Source: Armatimonadota bacterium
GTDB lineage: Bacteria > Armatimonadota > UBA10988
Direction of reading: 5' to 3'
DNA length: 64,000 bases
Assembly (NCBI GenBank): GCA_016235455.1
Contig: JACRKZ010000057.1
Location: 24,269-88,268 of the forward strand
Below, piece after piece: positions 9,641 to 19,359 of the stretch; the stretch's first letter is position 1; every line of letters starts with the position of its first letter. Under the pieces are notes generated by a model. It saw nothing but the letters and a program-made list of their open reading frames with translations. It did not search any database and was not told where the DNA came from. The position numbers and the translations under genes are program-made.

Positions 9641-11184
9641 GCGTGCGCAAGGCATGGCTCTGGTGCGTGCTGGCCGCCGTGATCGTGGCGCCGGCGACGC
9701 TGGCCCAGGATCCCGACGAGGGCAACGACAGCATGGTGCCCCAGGGCAATCTGCCGCGCCCCAAGGCCAAGAACCCTGATCCGCGCTCGGGTCTGGGGCC
9801 CAAGCCCGGCCACCTGGCGCCGGTCGACTCCGCGCCGCACCGGCTGCCAGCCACGCTGTCGCGCGCCGATGGCAAGCCGTTCACCTGCACCGCCATGGGG
9901 CTGGTGGATATCGCCACCGGGCAGATCCTGTATGGCAACAACCTGTCGGAGAAGATGCATCCGGCCAGTTGCACCAAGATCCTGACCACGCTGCTGGCGC
10001 TGGAGGACGTCGAGGCGGGCCGCGCCAAGCTGGGCGACATGGTCATCATCAGCAAGGCCGCCGCGACCACTGGCGAGAGCGGTCTGTGGCTGCAGCTCGG
10101 CGAGCGCATGAGCCTGCACGACCTGCTGGTGGGCGTGATGGTGCGCAGCGCCAACGACGCCTCGCGTGCGGTGGCCGAGTACCTGGGCCGCGGCGACGCG
10201 GCGGCCTTCATCCGGCGCATGAACCAGCGCGCCGTCGAGCTCGGCGCGGTGAGCACGCACTTCGTCAACCCGCACGGCCTGCACATGGACCTGGACGGCA
10301 ACGCCAAGGGCGGCGACGACCACTGGACCACGCCATACGACCTGCTGTTGTTCACCATGACCGCCTGGAAGTACCCGTTCTTCCGGCAGCTCTGCTTGAT
10401 GAACGGTGAGCCCGTGTCGTGGGAGCAGATGCGCGTGGACCCGCGCACCCTCAAGGACCCCAAGCAGGCGCCCAAGCCGCATCCGGCGTACCGCATCATC
10501 CCCAATCGCAACAAGCTGCTGCACCGCTACAGCGAGTGCGTGGGCGTGAAGACGGGCTTCACCAAGCAGGCCGGCGCGTGCCTGGTGTCGGCGGCGATGC
10601 GTGGCGATCGGGCCGTCATGGCGGTGACCATGCACTCGACCAGCGGGCAGGACCGCTGGGAAGAGGCGGAGGCGCTGCTGCGCTTCGGCCTCGACCAGTT
10701 CCACAGTGTGTCGCTGGTCAAGGCGGGCCAGAGCGTGCAGGAGGTGCCGGTGACGGGCGGCTTGGAGGCCAGTGTGCCGGCCATCTCCAGCGAGGATGTG
10801 ACCGTCGTCTGGCCGCGCGCCACAGAGGCGCCGAGGCCGGTCTTCTCCGTGCAGAAGCAGGTGGAGGCGCCCTTGCCGCTGGGCCTGCCGCTGGGCACGA
10901 TGTTGCTTAAGATGCCCTCTGGCGAAGTGCGCCAGGTGGGCCTGACCGCCGGCCGTGAGGTCGGGCGAGCGGGGCTCCTGCTGGGGCCGTGGGCCATGTG
11001 GCTGCTGTTCGGACTGACGGCGGTGGGAGTGGTGTGCTATGGAGCGATTGCAGAAACTCATCGCCGCCGCGGGCATCTGCTCGCGTCGAGCGGCCGAACA
11101 ATTGATCCGCGATGGACGGGTGCGGGTCAATGGCAAAGTGGTGCGCGAACTGGGCTCGAAGGCGTCGCCGACGGATCTGATTGA
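9637..11184 (+). CDS. D-alanyl-D-alanine carboxypeptidase (peptidase S11)
   Basis: Signal peptide; ASCTK (SxxK), SAN (SxN), KTG triad; HFVNPHGL; C-terminal TM segment. Confidence 0.92.
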   Translation: MSVRKAWLWCVLAAVIVAPATLAQDPDEGNDSMVPQGNLPRPKAKNPDPRSGLGPKPGHLAPVDSAPHRLPATLSRADGKPFTCTAMGLVDIATGQILYGNNLSEKMHPASCTKILTTLLALEDVEAGRAKLGDMVIISKAAATTGESGLWLQLGERMSLHDLLVGVMVRSANDASRAVAEYLGRGDAAAFIRRMNQRAVELGAVSTHFVNPHGLHMDLDGNAKGGDDHWTTPYDLLLFTMTAWKYPFFRQLCLMNGEPVSWEQMRVDPRTLKDPKQAPKPHPAYRIIPNRNKLLHRYSECVGVKTGFTKQAGACLVSAAMRGDRAVMAVTMHSTSGQDRWEEAEALLRFGLDQFHSVSLVKAGQSVQEVPVTGGLEASVPAISSEDVTVVWPRATEAPRPVFSVQKQVEAPLPLGLPLGTMLLKMPSGEVRQVGLTAGREVGRAGLLLGPWAMWLLFGLTAVGVVCYGAIAETHRRRGHLLASSGRTIDPRWTGAGQWQSGARTGLEGVADGSD

Positions 11185-11743
11185 GGTCGACGGCCAGCCC
11201 ATCGGGCGCGCGCTGCGCCACCGCTATGTCATGTTCCACAAGCCGTCGGGCTGCGTGACCACCCGCTCCGACCCCGAAGGTCGGCGCACGGTCTATGACC
11301 TGCTGTATGACGACGACCGCGTGCTGCACACCGTCGGCCGGCTCGACTGGGACTCCAGCGGCTTGCTGCTGCTGACCAACGACGGCGAGTTGACCCACCG
11401 CCTGACGCACCCGCGCTACGGCATCCAGAAGCTCTACCGCGTGGCCACCAAACCTTGGCCGACCGAGAAGTACATGCGCCTGATTCGGCGCGGCGTGGAG
11501 CTCGAGGACGGTATCGCCAAGGTCAAGAAGGCCAAGTACCTGCACGCCGACACCTGCGAGCTGACACTCGGCGAAGGGCGCAACCGCGAGGTGCGCCGCA
11601 TCTTCGAGACGCTCGGCTGCGAGGTGCTGTACCTGTGCCGCATGCAGTTCGGCCCATTGACCATCGGCACCCTGCGCGAAGGCGCGGCGCGTCCGCTCAA
11701 GGACGATGAGGTGCAGCGGCTGCGCGATGCGGTGGGATTGTAG
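11039..11743 (+). CDS. rluB: rRNA pseudouridine synthase, RsuA/RluB family
   Basis: MERLQKLIAAAGICSRR (S4 domain), VGRLDWDSSGLLLLTNDG, EGRNREVRR; scpAB synteny. Confidence 0.92.
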   Translation: MERLQKLIAAAGICSRRAAEQLIRDGRVRVNGKVVRELGSKASPTDLIEVDGQPIGRALRHRYVMFHKPSGCVTTRSDPEGRRTVYDLLYDDDRVLHTVGRLDWDSSGLLLLTNDGELTHRLTHPRYGIQKLYRVATKPWPTEKYMRLIRRGVELEDGIAKVKKAKYLHADTCELTLGEGRNREVRRIFETLGCEVLYLCRMQFGPLTIGTLREGAARPLKDDEVQRLRDAVGL

Positions 11744-11769
11744 CGACCGGACCTGCTCTCTCTAGCCAC

Positions 11770-11834
11770 CCACAGTTTACGCAGATTACACAGATGAACG
11801 GATCGGCCATCTGTGCAATCTGCGTTATCCGTGG
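11770..11834. repeat. Intergenic imperfect palindrome with 9-nt internal period
   Basis: Arms 11770-11796 and 11808-11834 are 23/27 complementary; units CRCAGWT; lies between convergent rluB and pgi. Confidence 0.85.
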
Positions 11835-11858
11835 ATCATCAGATAGGTCTGCGCGATA

Positions 11859-13484
11859 TCAGCCCTTGCGGCTCAGGTACCGCGCCACCAGCGCCTCGGT
11901 CGAGCTGTCCAGGGCTGCCTTGGCCTTGCCGCTGAACACCTCGCCCAGCTCCGTGGCCAGCACCTTGCCGAGCTGCACGCCCCACTGGTCGAACGAGTTG
12001 ATGCCCCAGACCGCGCCTTGCGTGAAGACCTTGTGCTCATAGAGCGCGATCAGCGCGCCCAGCGCCTGCGGCGTGAGGCGGTCGACCAGGATGGTGTTGG
12101 TCGGCCGATTGCCCTCGAACACGCGGTGCGGCACGAGTTCGGCGTCCTTCTCCTCGCCGGCGACTTCCTCGGCGGTCTTGCCGAAGGCCAGCGCGCGCGT
12201 CTGCGCGAACAGGTTGGCCATGAGCAGGTCGTGGTGCACGTTAAGCGGGTTCTGCGTCTGGCAGCAGCCGATGAAGTCGCACGGGATGAGCCGTGTGCCC
12301 TGGTGGATGAGCTGGTAGAAGGCGTGCTGGCCGTTGGTGCCCGGCTGGCCGAAGACCACGGGACCCGTGTTGTAGTCGAGCCGACGGCCGTCGCGGTCGA
12401 CGCTCTTGCCGTTGCTCTCCATGTCGAGCTGCTGCAGGTAGGCGGTGAGCTTGTTGAGGTACTGGTCATAGGGCAGCACGGCCTGCGTCTCGGCGCCGTG
12501 GAAGTTGGAGTACCACAAGCCCAGCAGCCCCAGCAGCATGGGCAGGTTCTCAGCGATCGGCGCGGTGCGGAAGTGCTCATCCATGGCATGGAAGCCGTCC
12601 AGCAGCTCGCCGAAGTGGTCGGGGCCGATGGCCAGCATGAGCGACAAGCCGATGGCCGACGTCAGCGAGTAGCGCCCGCCGACCCAGTCCCAGAAACCGA
12701 ACATGTTGTCGGTGTCGATGCCGAAGCGGGCCACTTCCACCGCGTTGGTCGAGACGGCGACGAAGTGCGCGGCGATGGCGATCTTGTCGCACAGTTTCTC
12801 GAGCAGCCAATCGCGCGCCGTGTTGGCGTTGGTCATCGTCTCGATGGTGGTGAACGTCTTGGAGGCGACGATGAACAGCGTCTCCTCGGGGTCGAGGTCG
12901 CGCGTGGCCTCGGCGAAGTCGCTGCCGTCCACATTGGACACGAAGCGGAAGACCATATCGCGCCGGCTGTACGGCCGCAGCGCCTCATAGGCCATGGCCG
13001 GGCCCAGGTCGGAGCCGCCGATGCCCAGGTTGACCACGTTGCGGATCGGCTTGCCTGTATAGCCCTTCCACTCGCCCGAGCGGACACGCTCGGCGAAGGC
13101 GGCCATCTTGTCCAGCACGCCATGGATCTCGCTCACGCCCGCCACGCGCGTGGGCAGGCTGGCGTAGCCGCGGGGCATGCGCAGCGCGGTGTGCAGCACG
13201 GCGCGGCCTTCGGTGTTGTTGATGGCTTCGCCGGCGAACATGGCGTCACGCCGTGCCTCAACCCCGGTCTCCTCGGCCAACGCCACCAGCAGGGCCATGG
13301 TCTCATCGGTGACCAGGTTCTTGGAGTAGTCCAGGTAGATGCCTGCGGCCTCAGCGGTGAGGCGCGTGCCGCGCGTCGGGTCGGCGGCGAACAGGCCGCG
13401 CAGGTGCTGGCCCGCGAGGCTGGCCTGGTGTGCTTCCAAGGCGGCCCACGCCGCGGTTTGCCGGAGAGGGGTGGTGGACGTCAT
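11859..13484 (-). CDS. pgi: Glucose-6-phosphate isomerase
   Basis: [46 protein letters not shown]; GAGGT SD. Confidence 0.98.
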   Translation of the reverse strand: MTSTTPLRQTAAWAALEAHQASLAGQHLRGLFAADPTRGTRLTAEAAGIYLDYSKNLVTDETMALLVALAEETGVEARRDAMFAGEAINNTEGRAVLHTALRMPRGYASLPTRVAGVSEIHGVLDKMAAFAERVRSGEWKGYTGKPIRNVVNLGIGGSDLGPAMAYEALRPYSRRDMVFRFVSNVDGSDFAEATRDLDPEETLFIVASKTFTTIETMTNANTARDWLLEKLCDKIAIAAHFVAVSTNAVEVARFGIDTDNMFGFWDWVGGRYSLTSAIGLSLMLAIGPDHFGELLDGFHAMDEHFRTAPIAENLPMLLGLLGLWYSNFHGAETQAVLPYDQYLNKLTAYLQQLDMESNGKSVDRDGRRLDYNTGPVVFGQPGTNGQHAFYQLIHQGTRLIPCDFIGCCQTQNPLNVHHDLLMANLFAQTRALAFGKTAEEVAGEEKDAELVPHRVFEGNRPTNTILVDRLTPQALGALIALYEHKVFTQGAVWGINSFDQWGVQLGKVLATELGEVFSGKAKAALDSSTEALVARYLSRKG

Positions 13485-13520
13485 CGCTGCATACCTCACC
13501 GGTAAGTGTACACCGACTGC

Positions 13521-14672
13521 TCATTTTGGTGGCCAGGCGACCACCTTCACACACGGCTTCTCGGCGCTCATCGACAGGTAGGCGAGGTGGCCGCCATCGG
13601 GCGAGAACACCGGCCCGGCGGCGTTCGGGCCCTCGTCCACCACCACCACGTTGGCCGGCTCGGCGGGCCGCAGGGCCAGGACCTTGGTGCGCCGTGGCGT
13701 GGTCGAGTCGAACGAGGTGAAGGCCAGCCAGTCGCCGTCCGGGCTGAAGGCCGGGTCGGCGGCGTTGGTGGGGCTGACGCGCGCGGCCAGCGCCAAGGCG
13801 CGCTGCCGGCCGAGCACCAGCGGCGCCGGCGTCGGCTCGCCCTGGGGGCCGGCGGTCCAGGCCAGCCACTGGCCGTCGCTGCTGTAGACCGCTGGCGCGG
13901 TGCCGACATAGCCGGGCCGCTCCACGCGGTCGGCCACGAGCTGGCCCGAGGGCCGACTGGTGAACAGGCGCAGGCCTTTGGTCGGGTCGAGCGCGCCGCT
14001 GAAGGCCAGGCTGCGGCTGTCCGGCGCCCAGGCCACGCTGCCCGGCGTGATGGTCAGGTGGGCCGACACGCTCTTGGCGATGCTGTGCTCGAGGTCGCAG
14101 ACGAACAGGATGGTGCGCCCTAACGACCGCGTGCAGAAGGCCAACCACTTGGCGTCGCGCGACCATTTGATGCCGATGGGCGGCGAATCGAGCGGTACAT
14201 GGCTGCCGTGCGCGCCGTTGGCCTCGCAGTAGAACAGCTCGTACGGCTTCTCCGCGCCCGGCCCGGCCCGCAGCCCAAAGGCCAGCATCGCGCCGTTGGG
14301 CGACCAGGCGGCGTCGAGCGGGGTGGTGCTGCCAACCACGGCGAAGGCCGTCGGCTCCTCACCGTCCAGCCCGCCGATGAGCATGGTGCGTTTGCCGTCG
14401 CGGCGCGCGGCATAGGCCACGCGCTTGCCATCGGGATGGAACCAGACGCTGGCTGCCGACTCCGGCCGCGGAGTCCAGCGCAGTTCGGTCGGCTCAGCGT
14501 CGCCGGCCAGCCCCGCAATGAACCAGGCAGGCTCGCTGTCGGTGGCACCGACGAAGGCCACGCGTTGCCCACCGTCCACCCACACCACCGGGCCGAGAAC
14601 GACCCTGTCACCACTGACGGTCGCGGGCTGAACGGCCAACAGCAGGCCAGCCAGCCACCACGGCCAGATCAT
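13521..14672 (-). CDS. Secreted TolB-like/PD40 beta-propeller protein
   Basis: Signal-like N-terminus (MIWPWWLAGLLLAV); repeated W/FSPDG..LAF motifs. Confidence 0.8.
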   Translation of the reverse strand: MIWPWWLAGLLLAVQPATVSGDRVVLGPVVWVDGGQRVAFVGATDSEPAWFIAGLAGDAEPTELRWTPRPESAASVWFHPDGKRVAYAARRDGKRTMLIGGLDGEEPTAFAVVGSTTPLDAAWSPNGAMLAFGLRAGPGAEKPYELFYCEANGAHGSHVPLDSPPIGIKWSRDAKWLAFCTRSLGRTILFVCDLEHSIAKSVSAHLTITPGSVAWAPDSRSLAFSGALDPTKGLRLFTSRPSGQLVADRVERPGYVGTAPAVYSSDGQWLAWTAGPQGEPTPAPLVLGRQRALALAARVSPTNAADPAFSPDGDWLAFTSFDSTTPRRTKVLALRPAEPANVVVVDEGPNAAGPVFSPDGGHLAYLSMSAEKPCVKVVAWPPK

Positions 14673-14733
14673 GCGCAGATCTCCCAACACGTCGGCGCCT
14701 TGGCGCCATGATGCTATTCTGTACCCGGTCAGG

Positions 14734-14985
14734 ATGACCTGTGTGACGATCAGTCTCCGCTTCTTCTCTGCCGCGCGCGACGCCACCGGCCTGCTGGTCG
14801 ACCATCTGGCGCTGCCTGACGGCGCGACCCTGGCCGACGCCTGGGCCGCCATGGCCGCGCGCTGGCCCGAGCTCGACCGCCTGCCGTTGCGCGGGCTGGC
14901 CGTCAATCGCGCGTTCGTCACCGAGGACGTCTGCCTGGCCGATGGCGATGAGTTGGCGGTCATTCCGCCGGTCAGCGGAGGCTGA
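14734..14985 (+). CDS. moaD: MoaD/ThiS-family sulfur carrier protein
   Basis: LRFFSAARDATG, LAVNRAF, GDELAVIPPVSGG with terminal GG. Confidence 0.88.
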   Translation: MTCVTISLRFFSAARDATGLLVDHLALPDGATLADAWAAMAARWPELDRLPLRGLAVNRAFVTEDVCLADGDELAVIPPVSGG

Positions 14986-15024
14986 GATGGCCGCGCCTGA
15001 CCGGGTGGCCGCGGAGGTGACCCG

Positions 15025-15984
15025 ATGAACGTGCCGCCCGTGTCGCTGCGGCGCTGTGCCAGCTACGAGCCGGCTGATCTGGACCCGGCGCTCGACGCGC
15101 TGCTGGCCGATCTGGGCGGGTTGTCGGCGTTCGTCGCGCCGGGCCAGCGCGTGCTGCTCAAGCCGAACCTGATCTCGGACTCACCGCCCGAGCGCGCCGC
15201 CACCACGCATCCCGCGCTGGTCGAGGCCCTGGCCCGCCGCATCCAGGCGCTGGGCGCCACGCCGTTTGTGGCCGATGCGCCGGCCTGGGGCGCGCCGCAG
15301 GTCGTGGCCCGCGCCACGGGCATGTTGGGCGTCTGCGAGCGGTTGGGCATCGAGTGGGTCGGCCTGGACCAGAAGGCCTGGCTGCCGAGCACCTATCCGT
15401 CGGTGGCACGCGGGTTCCACGTGGATCCGCGCGTGCTCGGCGCCGATGTGGTCATCAACCTGCCCAAGTTCAAGGGCCATCAGCAACTCGGCTTCACCGG
15501 CGCGGTCAAGAACCTGTATGGCTGCCTGGCCGGGCGCGAGAAGGCCTACCATCATTGCGCGCGGTCACGCACCGATGCGGAGTTCGCGCGCTATCTGGTG
15601 GCCTATGCGGCGGCTGTGCCCGTGGCCCTGCACCTGAGCGACGGCGTGCTGGCCATGGAAGGCGCCGGCCCCAGGCTGGGTCAGCCGCGGGCGCTGGGCT
15701 GGCTGGCGGCGTCCACCGGCGCGGTCGAGGTCGACGCGGTCTGCGCCGACCTGGTCCAGGCGCCGGCCTCGCATCGCCTGCTGCTCGATGCGGCGGCGGA
15801 GCTGGGCTATGGCGAGACCGATCCCGCGCGGATAGCCCGGTTGGGCGATGCGCCGGAGAGTCTGCGGGTCGACGATTTTGCCTGGCCCGAGCTGCTGGGA
15901 GTCTTCTTCAGCCCGTGGCGACTGCTGCGCGGCTGGTGGCGCAATCGCAAGTTGATGGCGGTGGAGAGCATGGTCAGCAGATGA
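15025..15984 (+). CDS. DUF362 domain protein
   Basis: RVLLKPNLI, TTHP, VINLPKFKGH, TGAVKNLYG, DGVLAMEGAGP; GGAGG SD. Confidence 0.88.
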   Translation: MNVPPVSLRRCASYEPADLDPALDALLADLGGLSAFVAPGQRVLLKPNLISDSPPERAATTHPALVEALARRIQALGATPFVADAPAWGAPQVVARATGMLGVCERLGIEWVGLDQKAWLPSTYPSVARGFHVDPRVLGADVVINLPKFKGHQQLGFTGAVKNLYGCLAGREKAYHHCARSRTDAEFARYLVAYAAAVPVALHLSDGVLAMEGAGPRLGQPRALGWLAASTGAVEVDAVCADLVQAPASHRLLLDAAAELGYGETDPARIARLGDAPESLRVDDFAWPELLGVFFSPWRLLRGWWRNRKLMAVESMVSR

Positions 15985-16039
15985 CGCCGATGGCGCGGAT
16001 GGATTGGCCATCCCATTGGTGTCCATCTGCGCCATCTGT
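15977..16039. repeat. 9-nt-period palindromic repeat, second copy
   Basis: GCAGATGAC-GCCGATGGC-GCGGATGGA faces TCCATCTGC-GCCATCTGT. Confidence 0.7.
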
Positions 16040-16072
16040 TGACGAGTGGCCAGGATAGAGGGAGTAGGCAAG

Positions 16073-18649
16073 ATGGCGGGTTGCACGCTGCACGTGATCT
16101 CGCACTCGCATTGGGATCGCGAGTGGTACATGCCGTTCGAGCTGCATCGTCGGCGGCTGGTCAAGCTGATGGACGATCTGCTGGACGTGTTCGACAACGA
16201 TCCCGAGTTCGGCAGCTTCCACCTGGACGGCCAGAGCATCCCGCTGGAAGACTACCTGCAGGTGCGGCCCAGCCAGCGTGAGCGCCTGGTCGCGGCGGCC
16301 CAGGCCCGCCGCCTGACCGTCGGCCCGTGGTACGTGTTGCAGGACGAGTTCCTGACCAGCGCCGAGGCGCAGGTGCGCAACATGATGTACGGCCTGCAAG
16401 TGGCGCGCGAGTTCGGCGACCCGCTGCGGGTGGGCTATCTGGCCGACGCCTTTGGCCACATCGGCCAGATGCCGGCCATTCTCGCCGGGTTCGGCATCGA
16501 CAACGCCGTGTTCGGCCGCGGGCTCAAGACACGCGACGCGTCGCTGCCCGCCGACCTGCCCGTGTCAGAGCGCGGCTACCCCAGCGAACTGACCTGGCGC
16601 GGTGCCGACGGTACCGACATCACCGCCATCTACATGGCCAACTGGTATGCCAACGCCATGGACATCCCCAGCGAGCCCGAGGCCTGCGCGGCACGTATGG
16701 AAGCCATTCGCGCCGGTTGTCTGCGCTTCGCCACCACCTCGCACCTGCTGCTGATGAACGGCTGCGACCACACGCCCTGCCAGCTCAACATCAGCGCGCT
16801 GCTGGCCACCGCGCGCGAGCGGCTGGACGACGTCATCCTGCACAGTCGGCTGGACGACTACGTGGCGGCGGTGCTCAGCGAGCAGCCCGACCTGCCCGTG
16901 GCGACCGGCGAACTGCGCTCGGAGCGCACCGACGGCTGGAGCACGCTGACCAACGTGCTTTCGGCGCGGCTGTACCTCAAGCAGGCCAACTGGCGCTGCC
17001 AGCACGCGCTGGAGCGCTATCTGGAGCCGCTGAGCGCGGTTTGCGGGCTGGCCGGCGCGCCGGTCGACCGCGACCAGCGCCGCTACCTGTGGAAACATCT
17101 GCTGGAGAACCATCCGCACGACAGCATCTGCGGGTGCAGCGTCGACCCGGTGCACCGCGAGATGGAGACTCGCTTCGCCAAGGTCGAGGACCTGGCCGAC
17201 CAGCTGATCATCGAGCAGATGGACGCAGTGGCGGCCGGCCTCGATACAACCTGCCTGGCCGACGGCGAGGTGGCCATCGTGGTGCACAACCCTCTGGCCT
17301 TCGACCGCTCCGACCTGGTGCAGGCCGAGGTCAGCTTCCCCGACGGCACCGAACTCGACACCGTGGCCCTGCGCGACGCGGACGGCAACGAGGTCGAGCC
17401 TGCGTGGGTTGAGGATCAGGGCCGTGTGTGGGACTACACGCTGCCCGACGATCGCTTCCGTGAGGCCTTCTACTGCCGCCGCCTGACGGTGGCCTTCGAG
17501 GCCCGTGTGCCGGCCTTTGGCTGCGCGGTGTTCCGTGCGCGGCCGGCGACCTTGGCCGAGCCGGAGGTGGCCGAGTCGGCCGGCGTGCTGGAGAACGGCA
17601 GCGTGTGCGTGGCGCTCCGTCCGGGCGGCCTGCTGGACATCACCGACAAAGCCACGGGTCGCACCTGGACCGGGCTCAACCAGCTCGTGCTGGGTGGCGA
17701 CGAGGGCGATGAGTACATCTACCGCGCGCCAGAGGGCGATGTCGAGCATCCGCTGCGCGGCCATGACTATGTGTACTGGAACGTCGACCCCAGCGGGCGG
17801 CGTGCCGAGGCCTTCGACCTGTGGGTGCTGGGCGGCGAGGACGGTGACGCGCGCGAAGTGGTCGGCGTGTCGCTGCTGGTCAGCCTGCCCACCGACGGCC
17901 CGCGCGTCGAGGTGGAGGCGCGTCTGCACAACGACGGCGCGCGCTGCTTCCGCGTGCGGGCGCTGTTCCCGACCGACGCCAGCGCGACCACCGCGGCGGC
18001 GGACGGCCATTTCGAGGTGGTCGACCGCGCCATCACGCCGTGGTCGGGCTGGACCAACCCGAGCAACTGCCAGCCGTGCCTCGACTTCGTCGACGTCTCC
18101 GACGACACCGGTGGCATCACCGTGGCCAACCGCGGCCTGCCTGAGTACGAGGTGCTGCGCGATGGCCGCAATACCATCGCGGTCACGCTGCTGCGGGCGG
18201 TGGACCGTGTGGGCGACTGGGGCGACTTCCCCACGCCCGAGGCGCAATGCGATGGTGAGAACGTGGCCGAGTATGCCATCATCGCCCATACCGGCAGCCT
18301 GACCGACTCGGGCGCCGACCTGGAGGCGCGCGCTTACAACACACCGCTGCTGGCCGCGCAGACCGATCGCCATGCCGGCCGCTCCGCGGGCAGCTGGCTG
18401 CGGCTGGCGCCGTCGCGGCTGGTGCTGTCGGCCGTGCGTTGGGCCGAGGACCGCGAGGCTTTCATCGTGCGCTTCTACAATCCGTATGGCGATCGCGTCG
18501 AGGCCACCGTGGCCAACGGCCTGGGCCTGTCCCACGCCTGGCGCTGCCGGCTGGATGAGGAACGCGTCGAGGACCTGGGCCAGATCGCGGCTGACGGGCT
18601 GGCGCTGTCGGTCGGGCCCCGCGAGATCGCTACGCTCGAACTGGCCTGA
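16073..18649 (+). CDS. Alpha-mannosidase, glycoside hydrolase family 38
   Basis: HSHWDREWY, FHLDGQ, GPWY, DAFGH, NGCDH, HDSICGCS. Confidence 0.93.
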   Translation: MAGCTLHVISHSHWDREWYMPFELHRRRLVKLMDDLLDVFDNDPEFGSFHLDGQSIPLEDYLQVRPSQRERLVAAAQARRLTVGPWYVLQDEFLTSAEAQVRNMMYGLQVAREFGDPLRVGYLADAFGHIGQMPAILAGFGIDNAVFGRGLKTRDASLPADLPVSERGYPSELTWRGADGTDITAIYMANWYANAMDIPSEPEACAARMEAIRAGCLRFATTSHLLLMNGCDHTPCQLNISALLATARERLDDVILHSRLDDYVAAVLSEQPDLPVATGELRSERTDGWSTLTNVLSARLYLKQANWRCQHALERYLEPLSAVCGLAGAPVDRDQRRYLWKHLLENHPHDSICGCSVDPVHREMETRFAKVEDLADQLIIEQMDAVAAGLDTTCLADGEVAIVVHNPLAFDRSDLVQAEVSFPDGTELDTVALRDADGNEVEPAWVEDQGRVWDYTLPDDRFREAFYCRRLTVAFEARVPAFGCAVFRARPATLAEPEVAESAGVLENGSVCVALRPGGLLDITDKATGRTWTGLNQLVLGGDEGDEYIYRAPEGDVEHPLRGHDYVYWNVDPSGRRAEAFDLWVLGGEDGDAREVVGVSLLVSLPTDGPRVEVEARLHNDGARCFRVRALFPTDASATTAAADGHFEVVDRAITPWSGWTNPSNCQPCLDFVDVSDDTGGITVANRGLPEYEVLRDGRNTIAVTLLRAVDRVGDWGDFPTPEAQCDGENVAEYAIIAHTGSLTDSGADLEARAYNTPLLAAQTDRHAGRSAGSWLRLAPSRLVLSAVRWAEDREAFIVRFYNPYGDRVEATVANGLGLSHAWRCRLDEERVEDLGQIAADGLALSVGPREIATLELA

Positions 18650-18658
18650 GCCTGAACC

Positions 18659-18688
18659 GTGGTCCGCCCGACTGGTCGGGCGGACCAC
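18659..18688. repeat. Perfect 14-bp hairpin (REP-like)
   Basis: GTGGTCCGCCCGAC-TG-GTCGGGCGGACCAC. Confidence 0.7.
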
Positions 18689-18697
18689 GCCAGAACG

Positions 18698-18740
18698 CAG
18701 GAAAGCCCCCAGAGCAAGCTCTGGGGGCTTTCCTGTTTAT
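18698..18740. terminator. Likely bidirectional intrinsic terminator between GH38 and tRNA-Pro
   Basis: 18-bp inverted repeat CAGGAAAGCCCCCAGAGC/GCTCTGGGGGCTTTCCTG followed by TTTAT. Confidence 0.8.
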
Positions 18741-18745
18741 GTCCA

Positions 18746-18819
18746 TCGGGGTGGGCGGATTTGAACCGCCGGCCTCACGGTCCCGAACCGTGCGCTCTAC
18801 CAAGCTGAGCCACACCCCG
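18746..18819 (-). tRNA. tRNA-Pro(CGG), CCA not encoded
   Basis: Reverse complement CGGGGTG TGGCTCAGCTTGGTAGAGC G CACGG TT CGG GA CCGTG AGGCC GGCGG TTCAAAT CCGCC CACCCCG A folds as a cloverleaf. Confidence 0.97.
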
Positions 18820-18834
18820 TGTAGTTCGCAGCGC

Positions 18835-18862
18835 ATAATACCACTTGGCGCGACGGCGTCAA
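18835..18862 (-). promoter_or_regulatory. Sigma70-type promoter for tRNA-Pro
   Basis: TTGACG-N16-TATTAT (TGn extended) just upstream of the tRNA. Confidence 0.6.
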
Positions 18863-18948
18863 GGCCGGCTTGGGCAGCGGGGTGAGGACGCGACCTCCGG
18901 TGTGCGCGGTCAGCACAGCCCCAAGTCCTACGGCCTGCGTCGCCGACC

Positions 18949-19359
18949 TCAGCCCAGCGGCTCCTCGGGTGTGGGCAGCGCGGCATCCTGGGCCAGCGCG
19001 TCGTCGAGTTCGGACTCCACGAGCTTGACCTGGTCGGAGATAAAGGCCGCGGTGTCGGGGTCGCCCTGACGGCGGGTGGCGTAGGCTTCGCGCCACAGGT
19101 CCACTGCCCGGCGCAGACAGCGGATGCGGTCGGCCGGGGAGACGGCCTCATCGGCGGCGACCTGGGCCTTCTGCGCGGCCATGCGCAGTCGCACGTGGCG
19201 CAGGGCGAGTTCGTGCTCGTCGGCCAGATCCTGCGTCTCACGCCTCGTCTTGAGGTAGCGTTTGGCGCCGCTGACGACCAGGGCGATGGAGATGGCCAGC
19301 GACAGCAGCATGACCACCAGCACCGACATCCACCAGCTCGGACGGTCAGACGACAGCAT
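18949..19359 (-). CDS. Hypothetical membrane-anchored helical protein
   Basis: Single N-terminal TM segment then charged helices; overlaps the aroK stop. Confidence 0.7.
   Translation of the reverse strand: MLSSDRPSWWMSVLVVMLLSLAISIALVVSGAKRYLKTRRETQDLADEHELALRHVRLRMAAQKAQVAADEAVSPADRIRCLRRAVDLWREAYATRRQGDPDTAAFISDQVKLVESELDDALAQDAALPTPEEPLG

Noticed and set aside
18746-19359. tRNA-Pro (and tRNA-Leu) as integration sites of a genomic island
   Set aside because: No integrase, no duplicated tRNA 3' end and no extended compositional shift; flanking genes look native.
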